Assembly: GCA_937125035.1 (NCBI GenBank)
Contig: CAKZLG010000223.1
Span: 1-57,899, forward strand
Length of the DNA: 57,899 bases
Direction of reading: 5' to 3'
Origin: an uncultured Maribacter sp.
GTDB lineage: Bacteria; Bacteroidota; Bacteroidia; Flavobacteriales; Flavobacteriaceae
Shown: positions 39,634-49,312 of the stretch, piece by piece
How the letters are laid out: each line of letters begins with the position of its first letter
How positions within the stretch are numbered: the stretch's first letter is position 1
Program-made: the position numbers and the translations under genes
The notes under the pieces: model-generated
The model's input: only the letters and a program-made list of their open reading frames with translations
What the model was told of the DNA's origin: nothing
Database searches by the model: none

Positions 39634-40926
39634 TCAGTCCCTAAATTGGTCGTAGTTGCGTTGGTACGGTCTAATGATCAGCCTGGCCTCACGATCAAAA
39701 CGAACGTAATTGTAGACCCAATTTACAAAGACCACTACCCTATTCCTGAAACCAATGAGAAAAAATAGGTGCACGAACATCCATACAAACCATGCAAAAA
39801 CGCCTTGAAACCGAAACCGTTTTAGATCGCAAACGGCCTTGTTCCTACCAATGGTGGCCATGCTGCCCTTGTCTTTATATCTAAAGGGTGCCAATGGCTT
39901 TCCAGCAATCAATCGCTCCAGATTATCAGCCAAATGCCTTCCTTGCTGCATGGCGGGCTGGGCCATCATGGGGTGGCCTCCGGGATAGGCATCGCTCTGC
40001 ATACAAGCAATGTCCCCGATGGCAAAAATCTCAGGGTAATGCTCCACTTGATTGTGGGCATTTACACGCAGCCTGTTGCCCCTTGCCAAAAATTGTTCTG
40101 CATCCAAGCCTTTAATGTTCGCCCCCTTAACGCCAGCGGCCCAGATTACGGTTGCCGTGTCAAAGGTAAGATCGGTCTGCGTTCGCACGGTTTTGCCGTT
40201 ATATCCCAATACGCGCACATCCTTCCATACCTGTACGCCCAAATCCTCTAAAAAGTCTTCCGCTTTTTTTGAGGCCTGCACACTCATGGCATTCAGTATA
40301 CGGTCACCACTCTGCAAAATGTTGATCTGCGCCCTCCGGGTATCCAGATCGGGATAGTCCTTGGGTAAAATGCCCTTTTTGATTTCGGCCAGGGCACCGG
40401 CCAATTCAACGCCCGTAGGCCCACCCCCTACTATGACGAAATTCATAAGCGCATCCCGTTCATGGTACTCGTCCGTTAACAGGGCCTGTTCAAAATTCTC
40501 CAAGATCAAGCTTCTCAGGTTCAGGGACTGCGGAATGGATTTCATGGCCATGGCGTACTTTTCCAATTCGTCATTACCGTAATAGTTGGTTTCCGAACCT
40601 GTGGCCACTACGAGGTAATCATAAGATAGGACACCGATATTGGTAGTGATCATTTTCTTTTCTGGCAGGATTTCCTGTACTTCCGCCATACGGAAATAAA
40701 AATTTTCATACCCTATGAGTACTTTTCTCAAGGGATAGGCAATGGAATCCGGTTCCAGCCCCCCGGTGGAGACCTGATATAAAAGGGGTTGAAAGGTATG
40801 GTAGTTGTTCTTGTCCAACAATACCACCTGTACTTCTTTTTTATGTAATCGGCGGGCTAGGGAAATACCGCCAAAACCACCACCAATGATGACGATTCTG
40901 GGATAACTGGAACGAGGTATGTTCAT
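39634..40926 (-). CDS. ndh: Type II NADH dehydrogenase
   Basis: GGGFGG, FQPLLYQV, GGGPTGVELAG, A.QQG and KG.MATIGR motifs. Confidence 0.9.
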   Translation of the reverse strand: MNIPRSSYPRIVIIGGGFGGISLARRLHKKEVQVVLLDKNNYHTFQPLLYQVSTGGLEPDSIAYPLRKVLIGYENFYFRMAEVQEILPEKKMITTNIGVLSYDYLVVATGSETNYYGNDELEKYAMAMKSIPQSLNLRSLILENFEQALLTDEYHERDALMNFVIVGGGPTGVELAGALAEIKKGILPKDYPDLDTRRAQINILQSGDRILNAMSVQASKKAEDFLEDLGVQVWKDVRVLGYNGKTVRTQTDLTFDTATVIWAAGVKGANIKGLDAEQFLARGNRLRVNAHNQVEHYPEIFAIGDIACMQSDAYPGGHPMMAQPAMQQGRHLADNLERLIAGKPLAPFRYKDKGSMATIGRNKAVCDLKRFRFQGVFAWFVWMFVHLFFLIGFRNRVVVFVNWVYNYVRFDREARLIIRPYQRNYDQFRD

Positions 40927-41027
40927 TTACGAAAGGTAGGTTATGAAAGTAATTTGTCTCAAAAGTAGTAAAAAAGGGATGTATGGTTTTTAGTATCTTT
41001 AGCCCTTAACCAAGATAACCTTTACAA

Positions 41028-42455
41028 ATGAAAAAAACGATATTGCTATCCACCTTCCTAGTATGTGCCTCATTCTTCTCCCATGCACAAAAGAAGACGC
41101 AGGATGTTTTGAATTCCTTAGAGGAACAAAGTGAAAAATATGCGGCCATTGCCCAAGAAATCTGGACCCTTGCGGAAATGGGCTACCAAGAGGAACAGAG
41201 TGCGGCCTTGCTACAGGGCACGTTGGAAGAAGCTGGCTTCCGAATAGAAAAAGGTGTGGCCGGAATCCCCACTGCCTTTATCGCTGAATATGGCAGTGGA
41301 AGCCCTGTCATTGCCATTATGGGGGAATATGATGCCCTTCCCGGCCTATCCCAAGAGGCGGTGGCAGAGAAAAAATCGGCCGGTAAGGCCGCCGGCCATG
41401 CCTGTGGGCACCATCTTTTTGGCACGGCTTCTACGGCTGCGGCCATTGCCACCAAGAATTGGTTGGACAGCAACGGTTCTCAAGGCACCATTCGTTTTTA
41501 CGGTACGCCGGCCGAGGAAGGGGGCTCTGGGAAAGTATATATGGTACGTGCCGGTCTTTTCAATGATGTGGATGTGGCCCTACATTGGCATCCCGGGGCA
41601 CAGAACGCCGCCAGTGCCGGTGCGGCACTGGCCAATAAATCGGCCAAATTCAGGTTCAACGGCATCTCGGCACATGCCGCAGGTTCCCCTGAAAAAGGGC
41701 GCTCAGCGTTGGATGGTGTGGAAGCGATGAACATGATGGTGAACATGATGCGCGAACATATACCGCAGGAGGCACGAATCCATTACGTCATCACAGATGG
41801 TGGAAAAGCCCCCAATGTAGTGCCCGATTTTGCCGAAGTCTACTACTACGCCCGGCACAATAACAGAAATGTGGTCATAGATATCTTTGATAGGATCGTA
41901 AAAGCTGCAGAAGGTGCGGCTTTGGGCACAGGCACCAGTATGACGTATGAAATGATCGGTGGCACGCATGAGCTTTTGCCCAACCTTACCCTTCAAAAAT
42001 TAACGCATGACAACCTGAGTGCCGTAGGAGGTATAACCTATACGACAGAAGAAAAGGCCTTTGCGGACAAGATTGCCAAAACCTTGGGGTATGACCAGGC
42101 CGATCTGGCCACAGCCAAGAACGTACAGCCGTATAAAACGGAAGCACGGGCCTATGGCTCCACAGATGTGGGAGACGTTAGTTTTACCGTGCCCACCGTG
42201 GGCTTTGGCACGGCCACTTGGGTGCCCGGTACCCCGGCACACAGCTGGCAGGCCGTTGCCGCTGGCGGCACCAACATTGGTAAGAAAGGGATGATGGTAG
42301 CGGCCAAAACCTTGGCACTTACGGCCATTGACCTCTTTAAGGACAGCAAACTCGTAGCGGCCGCGAAAGCCGAATTTCTGAAGAATAGAGGTGCTGATTT
42401 TGAATACATTCCCCTTTTGGGTGACCGCGAACCCGCCTTGAACTACAGAAATTAA
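41028..42455 (+). CDS. M20 amidohydrolase (AbgB-like) with a signal peptide
   Basis: EYDALPG, GHACGH, PAEE, HWHP, GSTDVGDVS and HSWQ motifs. Confidence 0.87.
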   Translation: MKKTILLSTFLVCASFFSHAQKKTQDVLNSLEEQSEKYAAIAQEIWTLAEMGYQEEQSAALLQGTLEEAGFRIEKGVAGIPTAFIAEYGSGSPVIAIMGEYDALPGLSQEAVAEKKSAGKAAGHACGHHLFGTASTAAAIATKNWLDSNGSQGTIRFYGTPAEEGGSGKVYMVRAGLFNDVDVALHWHPGAQNAASAGAALANKSAKFRFNGISAHAAGSPEKGRSALDGVEAMNMMVNMMREHIPQEARIHYVITDGGKAPNVVPDFAEVYYYARHNNRNVVIDIFDRIVKAAEGAALGTGTSMTYEMIGGTHELLPNLTLQKLTHDNLSAVGGITYTTEEKAFADKIAKTLGYDQADLATAKNVQPYKTEARAYGSTDVGDVSFTVPTVGFGTATWVPGTPAHSWQAVAAGGTNIGKKGMMVAAKTLALTAIDLFKDSKLVAAAKAEFLKNRGADFEYIPLLGDREPALNYRN

Positions 42456-42485
42456 ACCCCTTCCTTTATTAATTTTAGCCTATTG

Positions 42486-42513
42486 GTGTAACAATGTACA
42501 TCAATAGGCTACT
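42486..42513 (+). promoter_or_regulatory. Putative ECF-sigma autoregulatory promoter
   Basis: TGTAAC-N16-CTAC upstream of the second ECF sigma gene. Confidence 0.45.
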
Positions 42514-42538
42514 TATTTAGAAGGACAACCAACCCAAA

Positions 42539-43033
42539 GTGAACAAAGAGCTGGAACATCAATTTGTGACGGAGCTACAGGACAATCAAAATATTGTCCA
42601 CAAGGTATGTACGCTATATACGAACGACCAAGATGCACACAAAGACCTGTTCCAAGAGATAACCATACAGCTGTGGAAGGCATACCCCAAGTTCAGGGGA
42701 GAATCAAAATTCAGTACTTGGATGTACCGTGTGGCATTGAATACGGCCATTACATTGTACCGGAAGTCAAAAAAAAGAATTGACACCCATAATTATGAAT
42801 CCGTCATTTTTAAAATAAAGGCAGAAGAGTACGATGAGACCGAAGAACAACAACTAAGCTTAATGTACCAGGCCATACGACAGTTGGGGGATATAGACAA
42901 AGCCCTTGTATTTATGTATCTGGAAGATAAGAACTATTCGGAAATTTCAGAAGTGCTGGGTATCACAGAGGTGAATGCCCGGGTGAAGATGAACCGAATA
43001 AAGACAAAATTAAGAACCATTTTGAATCCGTAA
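42539..43033 (+). CDS. ECF sigma-70 factor
   Basis: DL.QEI..QLW, KFSTWMYRVALNTA and an HTH (YSEISEVLGI...N.RVK..R.K). GTG start. Confidence 0.92.
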   Translation: MNKELEHQFVTELQDNQNIVHKVCTLYTNDQDAHKDLFQEITIQLWKAYPKFRGESKFSTWMYRVALNTAITLYRKSKKRIDTHNYESVIFKIKAEEYDETEEQQLSLMYQAIRQLGDIDKALVFMYLEDKNYSEISEVLGITEVNARVKMNRIKTKLRTILNP

Positions 43034-43037
43034 AGCT

Positions 43038-43694
43038 ATGATGGATGAACTGGACCTATTAAAAAGAGATTGGCAGAAAAAGGAAGCACACCTTCCCCAG
43101 CTGTCCTACGCGGACATACAAGAAATGATCTGGAAACGGTCATCATCCATCGTAAGGTGGATTTTGGTCATCAGCATTTTGGAGTTCACGCTGCCCCATG
43201 TAATCTATCTGCTCCCATCGGTGCGATCTGGGGAAGGGTTTAAAATCTATGAAGCCCTTGGAATTTCCAAAATATTGTTCGTAGTTTCCATTGCCTACTA
43301 TTTGGTGGCCCTCTATTTCATCTTTCAGTTTTATAGAAGGTTCAAGGAAATCTCTGTCCTGGAAAACTCAAGGACCTTGATGCGGAAAATCATAAGGACC
43401 CGGAGAACCGTGAAACATTATGTGATTTTCGCCCTTTCCACCATTGTATTATTTGTGATCATCACGCTTTTTGGCATTTATACGACAAGTGATCTTTCCA
43501 CTCTTTTTCCGGAGATGGCGGTCTCTATTAAAAAATTGGATGCTGAGGAGCTCAAAATGACCCTTTTGGTGACCATTGCCCTCTTTGGGGCTATCTTGAC
43601 CGTGTTGGTAGGAGGTATCTACTTTCTGTTATACGGCTTGCTGATGCGTAAACTAAAGCGAAACTATCATGAACTCAAGAGATTGGAATTTTAA
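43038..43694 (+). CDS. Four-TM membrane protein, probable anti-sigma partner
   Basis: Starts 4 nt after the sigma gene. DELD.LK..W N-terminus and four hydrophobic segments. Confidence 0.65.
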   Translation: MMDELDLLKRDWQKKEAHLPQLSYADIQEMIWKRSSSIVRWILVISILEFTLPHVIYLLPSVRSGEGFKIYEALGISKILFVVSIAYYLVALYFIFQFYRRFKEISVLENSRTLMRKIIRTRRTVKHYVIFALSTIVLFVIITLFGIYTTSDLSTLFPEMAVSIKKLDAEELKMTLLVTIALFGAILTVLVGGIYFLLYGLLMRKLKRNYHELKRLEF

Positions 43695-44497
43695 GGCCGT
43701 CTCCATTTGCGCTCCTTGTTCTGTTCTTCATACGCCAACAGCTCCTCCTTGGGGATGACTTTTAGGAACGATGGGTGCTGTTCTATGGCATATTCCAATT
43801 TTTCAATGATGGATTCCGTACTCTCATTGTCATAATCGATCTCCAAGGGCTCTTTGATGACCATGGACTGTAAGATGCCTTTTTTCTTGATCATGAGTCC
43901 TTTTTTATCAAAAGACCTTCGAAAACCATCAATGACCACGGGAACCACCACGGGCCTGTATTTTTTTATGATGTGTGCCGTACCCTTTCGCAAAGGTTTC
44001 CATGGCGTTGTGGTACCTTGAGGAAAGGTAATGACCCAACCATCGTTCAGAGCCGTTCCAATATTGGTGATATCGCTCATTTTCACACGCCGGTTAACCT
44101 CTTTTCCTTCCGCACGCCATGTACGCTCCACACTTATGGACCCCGCATAGGCCAGCACCTTGGTAAGTAGGCTTTTTTTCATGGTCTCGGCCGCTGCCAC
44201 ATAATACATATTGAGCTTGGGCTGCCAGATATAGCCCAGGTTCTTAATGGAATCATGACGGCCGCTCAAACTGGCATTGAAGACATGGAACATGGCCACC
44301 ACATCCGCAAAATAGGTCTGGTGATTGCTTACAAAAAGTACATTGGTGCCCTTAAGGCTTCTTATGACGTCCGATCCCTCTATCTCTAGTTTGTTGAACC
44401 TTTTGTAGCGTTGGTGGGTGATCACCGCCAAAAGGCGTATGAGCCATTTCTTGATCAAAAGGTTGTGTCCAAAAGGGTTCTTCTTAAATAATCCCAT
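43691..44497 (-). CDS. Lysophospholipid acyltransferase family (PlsC-like)
   Basis: VSNHQ....D, FPQGT and PV.I.G motifs. Confidence 0.85.
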   Translation of the reverse strand: MGLFKKNPFGHNLLIKKWLIRLLAVITHQRYKRFNKLEIEGSDVIRSLKGTNVLFVSNHQTYFADVVAMFHVFNASLSGRHDSIKNLGYIWQPKLNMYYVAAAETMKKSLLTKVLAYAGSISVERTWRAEGKEVNRRVKMSDITNIGTALNDGWVITFPQGTTTPWKPLRKGTAHIIKKYRPVVVPVVIDGFRRSFDKKGLMIKKKGILQSMVIKEPLEIDYDNESTESIIEKLEYAIEQHPSFLKVIPKEELLAYEEQNKERKWRRP

Positions 44498-44523
44498 AAG
44501 CGCTAAAATACATAAAACAAGAA

Positions 44524-45165
44524 TTACATCACTTGGTTCAACAACACTTTAATCTCATTCATCATCATGGCGGTGGCTCCCCAAATAATATAACCATTTA
44601 ATTTAAAGGCAGGTACCTCTATATCTTGGGCGTAGGAGGTGGCTAATTTTTCCTGTACCATGTTCATATCAGAAAGGAAATGCCGTACGGGAATTTCCAG
44701 TACCATTTCCACTTCGGCATCCTGTTTCACAAAGGGTCTTGGTCTTTTGTAGAGCCCCACAAACGGCGCCACCTCAAAATTGCTGGGCGGTATATAAATT
44801 TGGGTAAGCTGCCGTACCAAGGTAATATCCTGTTGGGGCACGCCCACCTCCTCCTCCGTTTCGCGCAGCGCCGTGTGCGCCAGGTCGGTATCCGTACGTT
44901 CCACCTTTCCCCCGGGAAAACCCACTTGATTGGAATGTACCCCGGCATATTTTTTTCTCAGGATGCACAACAGGTGCGTCTCCTGTTGTCCATTAGGATA
45001 AAAAAGGGCCAAAACGGCCGCTTTCCTGGGGTTTCTTTTGGACATGTCCAGGGCTTGCAGTTCCTTGATCCTATTCTCGGGGGCCATTTTATAGTGCGAA
45101 GCCTGCCCCGGTAGGGGTAGATTTTTTATTTTTGATATCCTACGTTCAAAAAAATCGAAATCCAT
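44524..45165 (-). CDS. Nudix CoA pyrophosphatase
   Basis: AAVL, HS.Q..FPGG, the Nudix box TALRETEEEVG and IWGATA. Confidence 0.9.
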   Translation of the reverse strand: MDFDFFERRISKIKNLPLPGQASHYKMAPENRIKELQALDMSKRNPRKAAVLALFYPNGQQETHLLCILRKKYAGVHSNQVGFPGGKVERTDTDLAHTALRETEEEVGVPQQDITLVRQLTQIYIPPSNFEVAPFVGLYKRPRPFVKQDAEVEMVLEIPVRHFLSDMNMVQEKLATSYAQDIEVPAFKLNGYIIWGATAMMMNEIKVLLNQVM

Positions 45166-45877
45166 GCGTTTTTCTAGCTTATCTTTTTATCCTCTTGTAT
45201 TGATTGCCCTTCTCTCTGCCTGCAAAGATACGCCCAAACAAAAAGAATCGATTGCAAAAAAGCCCGCACAAGTGACGGACACCCTTGCAGCAAAGGACAC
45301 CCTAACACCTCCGGAAGCAGAAAAATTTGAACTCACGGAAGACAATGCAATTGAATTCTTTTTTGAATACAACAAGACCCTTACCGCCAATAAGGTGAAG
45401 ATCACGACCAATTTGGGCAGTTTTGTCATAGAGCTCTACGACAATGTTCCTTACCATAAAGCCAATTTCATCTATTTGGCCCGGCAAGGCTATTTTGACT
45501 ATACCCAATTTCACAGGGTAGTGAAGGATTTTATTATACAAGGAGGCAATTCTGATGATGTAAAAACGGCAAAAAAGCGAAGTGATATTGGGCGTTATCT
45601 CTTGCCCCCGGACACGCGTAAAGACTACAAACACCACAGGGGAACGGTCTCCATGCCCAGTAGTGAGATCAACAACCCGCACATGTTGGCCTCCCCTTAT
45701 GAATTTTTCATTGTGGTCACGGATCCTGGATCGTATCATTTGGATGGGGAATATACCCCTTTCGGCAGGGTCATTTCCGGTATGGATATCGTGGACAAGA
45801 TCAACCACCAGCCCGTGGGCAAAGGGGACTGGCCTTCCCAGAACATATATATAGAAAAAGCGGAGGTCTTGGAGTAA
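45164..45877 (+). CDS. Cyclophilin-type peptidyl-prolyl isomerase, lipoprotein
   Basis: Lipobox LSAC, FHRVV..F.IQGG, FFIV and HLDG.YT.FGRV..GM motifs. Confidence 0.9.
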   Translation: MRFSSLSFYPLVLIALLSACKDTPKQKESIAKKPAQVTDTLAAKDTLTPPEAEKFELTEDNAIEFFFEYNKTLTANKVKITTNLGSFVIELYDNVPYHKANFIYLARQGYFDYTQFHRVVKDFIIQGGNSDDVKTAKKRSDIGRYLLPPDTRKDYKHHRGTVSMPSSEINNPHMLASPYEFFIVVTDPGSYHLDGEYTPFGRVISGMDIVDKINHQPVGKGDWPSQNIYIEKAEVLE

Positions 45878-45971
45878 GTTCCATAGAGCGCGCCCTTTTG
45901 GAAGCATAAGCTCCTTTGAGCGCATAAAACAAGCATACGCATTCCCTATCTTTGGCCAAAAAACGTCTGTT

Positions 45972-46973
45972 ATGGATTCATTGACCCAAATTGTACTTGG
46001 TGCCGCCGTGGCCGAAGCGGTTTTGGGCAAAAAAGTGGGCCACAAAGCCGCTCTTTGGGGCGCCGTTGCCGGCACCATACCTGATTTGGACGTGTTGGCA
46101 AAACAAGTAGTGGACGTTGTGACCGCCACGGCATGGCACCGTGGCTTTAGCCACTCGGTGCTATTCTCTGTGATCATGGCGCCCATTTTGGGCATATTGG
46201 TCTGGCGGCTGTATTCCAAAAAAGAAGCGACTTGGCGCCAATGGTCCTGGCTGTTTTTCTGGGGCCTGTTTACACATCCACTCTTGGACGCCTTTACCAC
46301 GTGGGGCACACAGCTTTTCTGGCCCATGGACCTTAGACTGGCCTTTCAGAGTATTTTTGTCATTGACCCTTTGTACACCCTGCCCTTTCTATTCTGCTTG
46401 ATCGCCGCACTCCGTTTGGAACGGAACCACCCAAAAAGAAGTACCTACATCTATTGGGGCCTGTCCTGTAGCACGGCCTACCTGTTGCTCAGTTTGGTCC
46501 TTAAAGGTATCAGCTACCACCGTTTTGAAGAAGCGCTGAAGTCCCAAGGGATAGCCTACAGGGCCATGGACAACCGGCCGGCTCCGCTCAATACCATCCT
46601 ATGGATGGCCAATGTGGAAACCGAAACCCAATTTCTTTTAGGTGAATATTCCTTTTTTGACAACAAGCCCATTGGTTTTAAGTCCATTTCCAAAGACCAC
46701 CACCTTCTGGGTGCATTGGCACAAGAGGAAAAGGTGAAAAAACTGGTGGAGATCACTGAAGGTTGGTATGCCATTACCAAAGGAAACGGCCGTCTCTATT
46801 TCAACGATCTCCGATTTGGGCTTTTGAGCTTAGCAGAAGAGGAAAAACAATTCGCCTTCTCTTATGAGCTTATTGATGGACCCCAAGGACTGAGAGTGAA
46901 AGAGGTACCCAAATCGCGTACGGACGCCAAAAAGTTGTTAGGGGCCCTTTGGGACCGGATATGGGGAAATTAG
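45972..46973 (+). CDS. Membrane-bound metal-dependent hydrolase (YdjM-like)
   Basis: MDSLTQ..LGA, PDLD, HRG.SHS, H..LD..T.WG and DP.YT motifs. Confidence 0.85.
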   Translation: MDSLTQIVLGAAVAEAVLGKKVGHKAALWGAVAGTIPDLDVLAKQVVDVVTATAWHRGFSHSVLFSVIMAPILGILVWRLYSKKEATWRQWSWLFFWGLFTHPLLDAFTTWGTQLFWPMDLRLAFQSIFVIDPLYTLPFLFCLIAALRLERNHPKRSTYIYWGLSCSTAYLLLSLVLKGISYHRFEEALKSQGIAYRAMDNRPAPLNTILWMANVETETQFLLGEYSFFDNKPIGFKSISKDHHLLGALAQEEKVKKLVEITEGWYAITKGNGRLYFNDLRFGLLSLAEEEKQFAFSYELIDGPQGLRVKEVPKSRTDAKKLLGALWDRIWGN

Positions 46974-47581
46974 CGGGAGGAACGGTAAATGTTGGGTAGG
47001 CTTATCTTAAATCGTACCGCCAAAAGCCGTAGCAGAATGATGGCCCCTATGCCAATACTGTAGGCCACCTCAGCAGGCACCTGCACAAACACCAATCCAA
47101 AGTAAAGGAAGCCGCCCAGAATACAGACCGTTGCATAGACCTCCCTTCGGAAGATAACGGGAATCTCATTGCACAGGATATCCCTTAAAACACCTCCAAA
47201 ACTGGCCGTCATGGTCCCCAGGGCAATGCACATGACGGGAGACAAGTGCACCGCCAGACCCTTTTCAATTCCAATCATGGTGTACAGGCCTATGCCAATG
47301 GTATCAAACAAAAAAAGAGATTTCCTAAAATGCTTCAGGTAATTCACAAAAACAACCGCTAAAAGAACCGTAATGGCTATGGTAAAAATGGAAAGGGGCG
47401 CCCGCATCCAGCCCACAGGGGTGTTTCCTATAAGGAGGTCCCTTAACGTTCCGCCGCCCACCGCTGTAACGAAGGCAATGATGAAGACCCCAAAAACATC
47501 CAATTTTTTCTCCATGGCCACGAGCACGCCAGAGATGGCAAAGGCCACGGTTCCCAAAACATCGATCAACAGATAGAACAT
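46970..47581 (-). CDS. Trimeric intracellular cation channel (UPF0126) family protein
   Basis: Duplicated GGG..RD motif (GGGTLRD, GGVLRD), with FA.SG and D..G. Confidence 0.88.
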   Translation of the reverse strand: MFYLLIDVLGTVAFAISGVLVAMEKKLDVFGVFIIAFVTAVGGGTLRDLLIGNTPVGWMRAPLSIFTIAITVLLAVVFVNYLKHFRKSLFLFDTIGIGLYTMIGIEKGLAVHLSPVMCIALGTMTASFGGVLRDILCNEIPVIFRREVYATVCILGGFLYFGLVFVQVPAEVAYSIGIGAIILLRLLAVRFKISLPNIYRSSR

Positions 47582-47584
47582 CAG

Positions 47585-48301
47585 CTACATTTGTTGGGTG
47601 TAATAGTTATAGTCCATGATCACGCGGTCCACAAATTCCAAGGGTTTCATTTCTGTTTTTACTTCCATGACCTCCGTTATGCGCTGGCTAAGGGATACTA
47701 TTACATTATGGTTTCCATTTCTTTGTGCCCTGTCATACACTTCTTTGATGGTCTGCATCTCAGTATCCGTAAATACGGTCACTTGGGGAAATTTGGGGAG
47801 GTAACCCTCCGGTACTTCGCGCAAAAGGGTGTCTTGGATATGAACCCGTTTCTTCTCACTGATCACCGTGGTGCCCGCGGCAATGTCCCCAACACGTTGT
47901 CCCTTGCCGCGTATTAGGATCGTAAACACCGCAATGCCACCAGAGGTGAGGGAGATATCTATGATTCGCAATATCCAACGTACAAAAAAATTAGCAAAAT
48001 GGGGTTTGGTACCATCCAACTTCACTACCCTGATCTGCATGAAATATTTGCCGATGGTCTTCCCATCCATAAATGTTTCCAAGAGCAGGTAATATAGAAA
48101 TCCGGGCAAGCCCAAGAGCATATAAATGGCCCATTGCTCACTGGGCTCCACATCCAGAGCCAAAAGTAACCACAGCATCAGCACGTAATAGATCACGACC
48201 ACCAGGGAGTCTATAAGGTAGGCCAGCATGCGATCTCCCAAATGAGCCGTATTCTGATCTATGCTTATATTTTGGGCAGTTTCTATTTGAAATTGTTCCA
48301 T
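47585..48301 (-). CDS. RDD family membrane protein
   Basis: R..A.LID, G.T.GK....IRVV, R.I.R..D and QR.GD..AGT.V motifs. Start placed at MEQFQIET. Confidence 0.88.
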   Translation of the reverse strand: MEQFQIETAQNISIDQNTAHLGDRMLAYLIDSLVVVIYYVLMLWLLLALDVEPSEQWAIYMLLGLPGFLYYLLLETFMDGKTIGKYFMQIRVVKLDGTKPHFANFFVRWILRIIDISLTSGGIAVFTILIRGKGQRVGDIAAGTTVISEKKRVHIQDTLLREVPEGYLPKFPQVTVFTDTEMQTIKEVYDRAQRNGNHNVIVSLSQRITEVMEVKTEMKPLEFVDRVIMDYNYYTQQM

Positions 48302-48334
48302 TGTTTTGTTTCTTTGGTGCAAACCCGTACATAC

Positions 48335-49312
48335 ATGCGTGAAGCAGCCTTTGTAAAGCAAAATAAGGACAAATGGTCTACTTTTGAAAACGCTTTGGGC
48401 AACAAAACGCAACTTACGCCAGATGTATTGTCCGATCTGTACATTGAAGTCACGGATCATCTAAGCTACGCGAATACTTTTTATCCCAAGAGCAATACGG
48501 CCCTTTATCTCAACGGACTTGCATCCCAGGCCCACCAAAAGATCTATAAGACCAAACGCGAGCCCAAAAACCGGATCATTGCATTTTGGAAAACGGAATT
48601 CCCCAACATGTTCGCCCAACACCATAGGGAACTCCTCATAGCCTTCCTTACCTTTCTGTTCTTTTGTACGGTAGGGGCCTTCTCCGCTGCCAACGAGGGC
48701 GTTTTTGTACGTTCCATTCTCGGTGATGCCTATGTGAACATGACCTTAGAGAACATAGACAAAGGGGACCCCATGGCCGTGTACAAACAAATGGGCGAAT
48801 TCAACATGTTTCTGGGCATTACCATCAATAACATCCGCGTGGCCCTAATGGCGTTTGTATATGGTATCCTTTTGGGGGTGGGCACATTGTTCGTAATGCT
48901 CCAAAATGGGATCATGTTGGGCAGTTTTCAATATTTTTTCTATGAAAAGGGCCTTCTTTGGGAATCCGTTAGGACCATTTGGATTCATGGTACCATAGAA
49001 ATATCTGTCATTATCATAGCCGGTTGCGCCGGACTCGTATTGGCCAACGGCCTACTTTTCCCAAATACCTATACCCGTTTGGAATCCTTTAAGCGCGGCG
49101 TTAAAAATGGGTTGAAAATCATGGTGAGCACCATACCCTTTTTTGTTTTGGCCGGATTTCTAGAGGGCTTCGTTACCCGCCACACCGAAATGCCCGATGT
49201 CCTGGCCATTTTCATTATTTTAGGCTCCTTGGCACTGATCTTATTTTATTACGTGATATACCCCCTCCAAATTCGCAAAAACCAAGCAAAAAATGCAACA
49301 GAAATACATTGA
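48335..49312 (+). CDS. Stage II sporulation protein M (DUF95) family membrane protein
   Basis: MRE..F..QN...W, NN..V, NG..LG, HG..E and AG..EGFVT motifs. Confidence 0.87.
   Translation: MREAAFVKQNKDKWSTFENALGNKTQLTPDVLSDLYIEVTDHLSYANTFYPKSNTALYLNGLASQAHQKIYKTKREPKNRIIAFWKTEFPNMFAQHHRELLIAFLTFLFFCTVGAFSAANEGVFVRSILGDAYVNMTLENIDKGDPMAVYKQMGEFNMFLGITINNIRVALMAFVYGILLGVGTLFVMLQNGIMLGSFQYFFYEKGLLWESVRTIWIHGTIEISVIIIAGCAGLVLANGLLFPNTYTRLESFKRGVKNGLKIMVSTIPFFVLAGFLEGFVTRHTEMPDVLAIFIILGSLALILFYYVIYPLQIRKNQAKNATEIH

Noticed and set aside
48335-49312. Sporulation function for the SpoIIM homologue
   Set aside because: This is a non-sporulating lineage and the family name is historical.
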